From: Balanoglossus misakiensis
Lineage: Eukaryota; Animalia; Hemichordata
Length of the DNA: 64,000 nt
Direction of reading: 5' to 3'
Assembly: GCA_040954595.2 (NCBI GenBank)
Contig: CM082598.2
Location: 2,294,001 to 2,358,000, forward strand
Under the pieces are notes generated by a model that was given only the letters and a program-made list of their open reading frames with translations, did not search any database and was not told the DNA's origin. This document shows positions 63,301 through 64,000 of this stretch, piece after piece. Position 1 is the stretch's first letter, and every line of letters starts with the position of its first letter. The position numbers and the translations under genes are program-made.

Positions 63301-64000
63301 CTTGACGTGGAAGAAACTATGAACTCGACAGATTTAGGTGTCACGCTTGTTTTCACGGCCACTGGAAACGATTTGGATCGGGGCACAGGTAAATTAACCT
63401 AAGAGAGGGGGCAGACCGATACAGAGAGAGAGAGGCAAGCAAGAGAGATGAGAGAGATGGAGGGCGGAGATCGAGAGAGGGGCCGGGGAAGGGGGAGACA
63501 GAAAGAGGGATCATCTAAAGGAATAAGCGAAACATATCTTACCTTTTCATTACAGCATCTTCATATGACATTTGGTATAGCAACAACTTTACGCTGATGT
63601 TGTCCGACTACAAAAGCACATCACTTGTCGTACAGAAACAGCTGTCCCGCGGAAATCTGACCGATCCTAAACCATCAGGAGAAGAAGAAACGATCACAAT
63701 TAGTGGATTTCAACACGAAGGTATAAAATGATCTTGTACCGATTTTGTACATTTCTAGGTTCATATATAGCTGGTGGGTTTAGCTTAATAACTCGAAACT
63801 TGTAAAATCGCAAAACCTAAAAACAGATTTACAATCTAACTATTCCTTTTTTTCTGACAGGTCCATTCGTTGGTGTATTTGGGGTGATCGCAGTCGATAG
63901 AGCGGGCAACAGATCGCCTCTGTCGAACATCGTCATAGCAAATGTAGACGATTACAGATGGGTTGCAATTGACAAACAGTACGGCCGACGCAACTACAGT
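56975..64000 (+). CDS. CLCA: Calcium-activated chloride channel regulator (CLCA) family protein, truncated by the window end
   Basis: Exons 56975-57198, 58422-58668, 59077-59212, 59335-59468, 59691-59801, 59894-60076, 60416-60593, 60833-60954, 61255-61423, 61641-61894, 62084-62261, 62461-62633, 62850-63039, 63263-63388, 63556-63720, 63861-end. Signal peptide; [15 protein letters not shown] zinc motif; v[16 protein letters not shown]; [37 protein letters not shown]. Confidence 0.93.
57323..57453. repeat. (ATCA)/(ATCT) microsatellite
   Basis: Directly visible; similar tracts are (TATC) at 56820-56873 and (ATGG) at 55525-55640. Confidence 0.9.

Overview
Intron-rich eukaryotic (animal) genomic DNA with GT-AG introns, many microsatellites and MITEs. 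The gene families suggest a marine invertebrate deuterostome such as a hemichordate or amphioxus; that is inference only. Genes were spliced by hand from the sequence. In order: (1) a probable first coding exon of an unknown gene running off the left edge (-); (2) a somatomedin-B (SMB) family-B/Methuselah-like GPCR (+); (3) a single-domain angiotensin-converting enzyme ending in a GPI-signal-like exon (-); (4) a ~2,180-aa secreted lectin with 3 pentraxin domains, a Pro/Thr mucin linker and 8 F-type lectin domains (-); (5) an AKR1-family aldo-keto reductase (-); (6) a second SMB-GPCR paralog (-); (7) a class A GPCR with an intronless CDS (-); (8) tRNA-Leu(AAG); (9) a ~750-aa type-I membrane protein with a vitamin-K-carboxylase-type propeptide, a divergent Gla-like region, 4 EGF and 4 TSP1 domains (-); (10) AKIP1 (+); (11) a CLCA metalloprotease/vWA gene running off the right edge (+). 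The strongest novelty candidates are the putative Gla-EGF-TSP1 receptor, the pentraxin/F-lectin mosaic with mostly altered binding sites, and the GPI-type ACE. Exon boundaries were chosen by reading frame and splice consensus, without transcript data.
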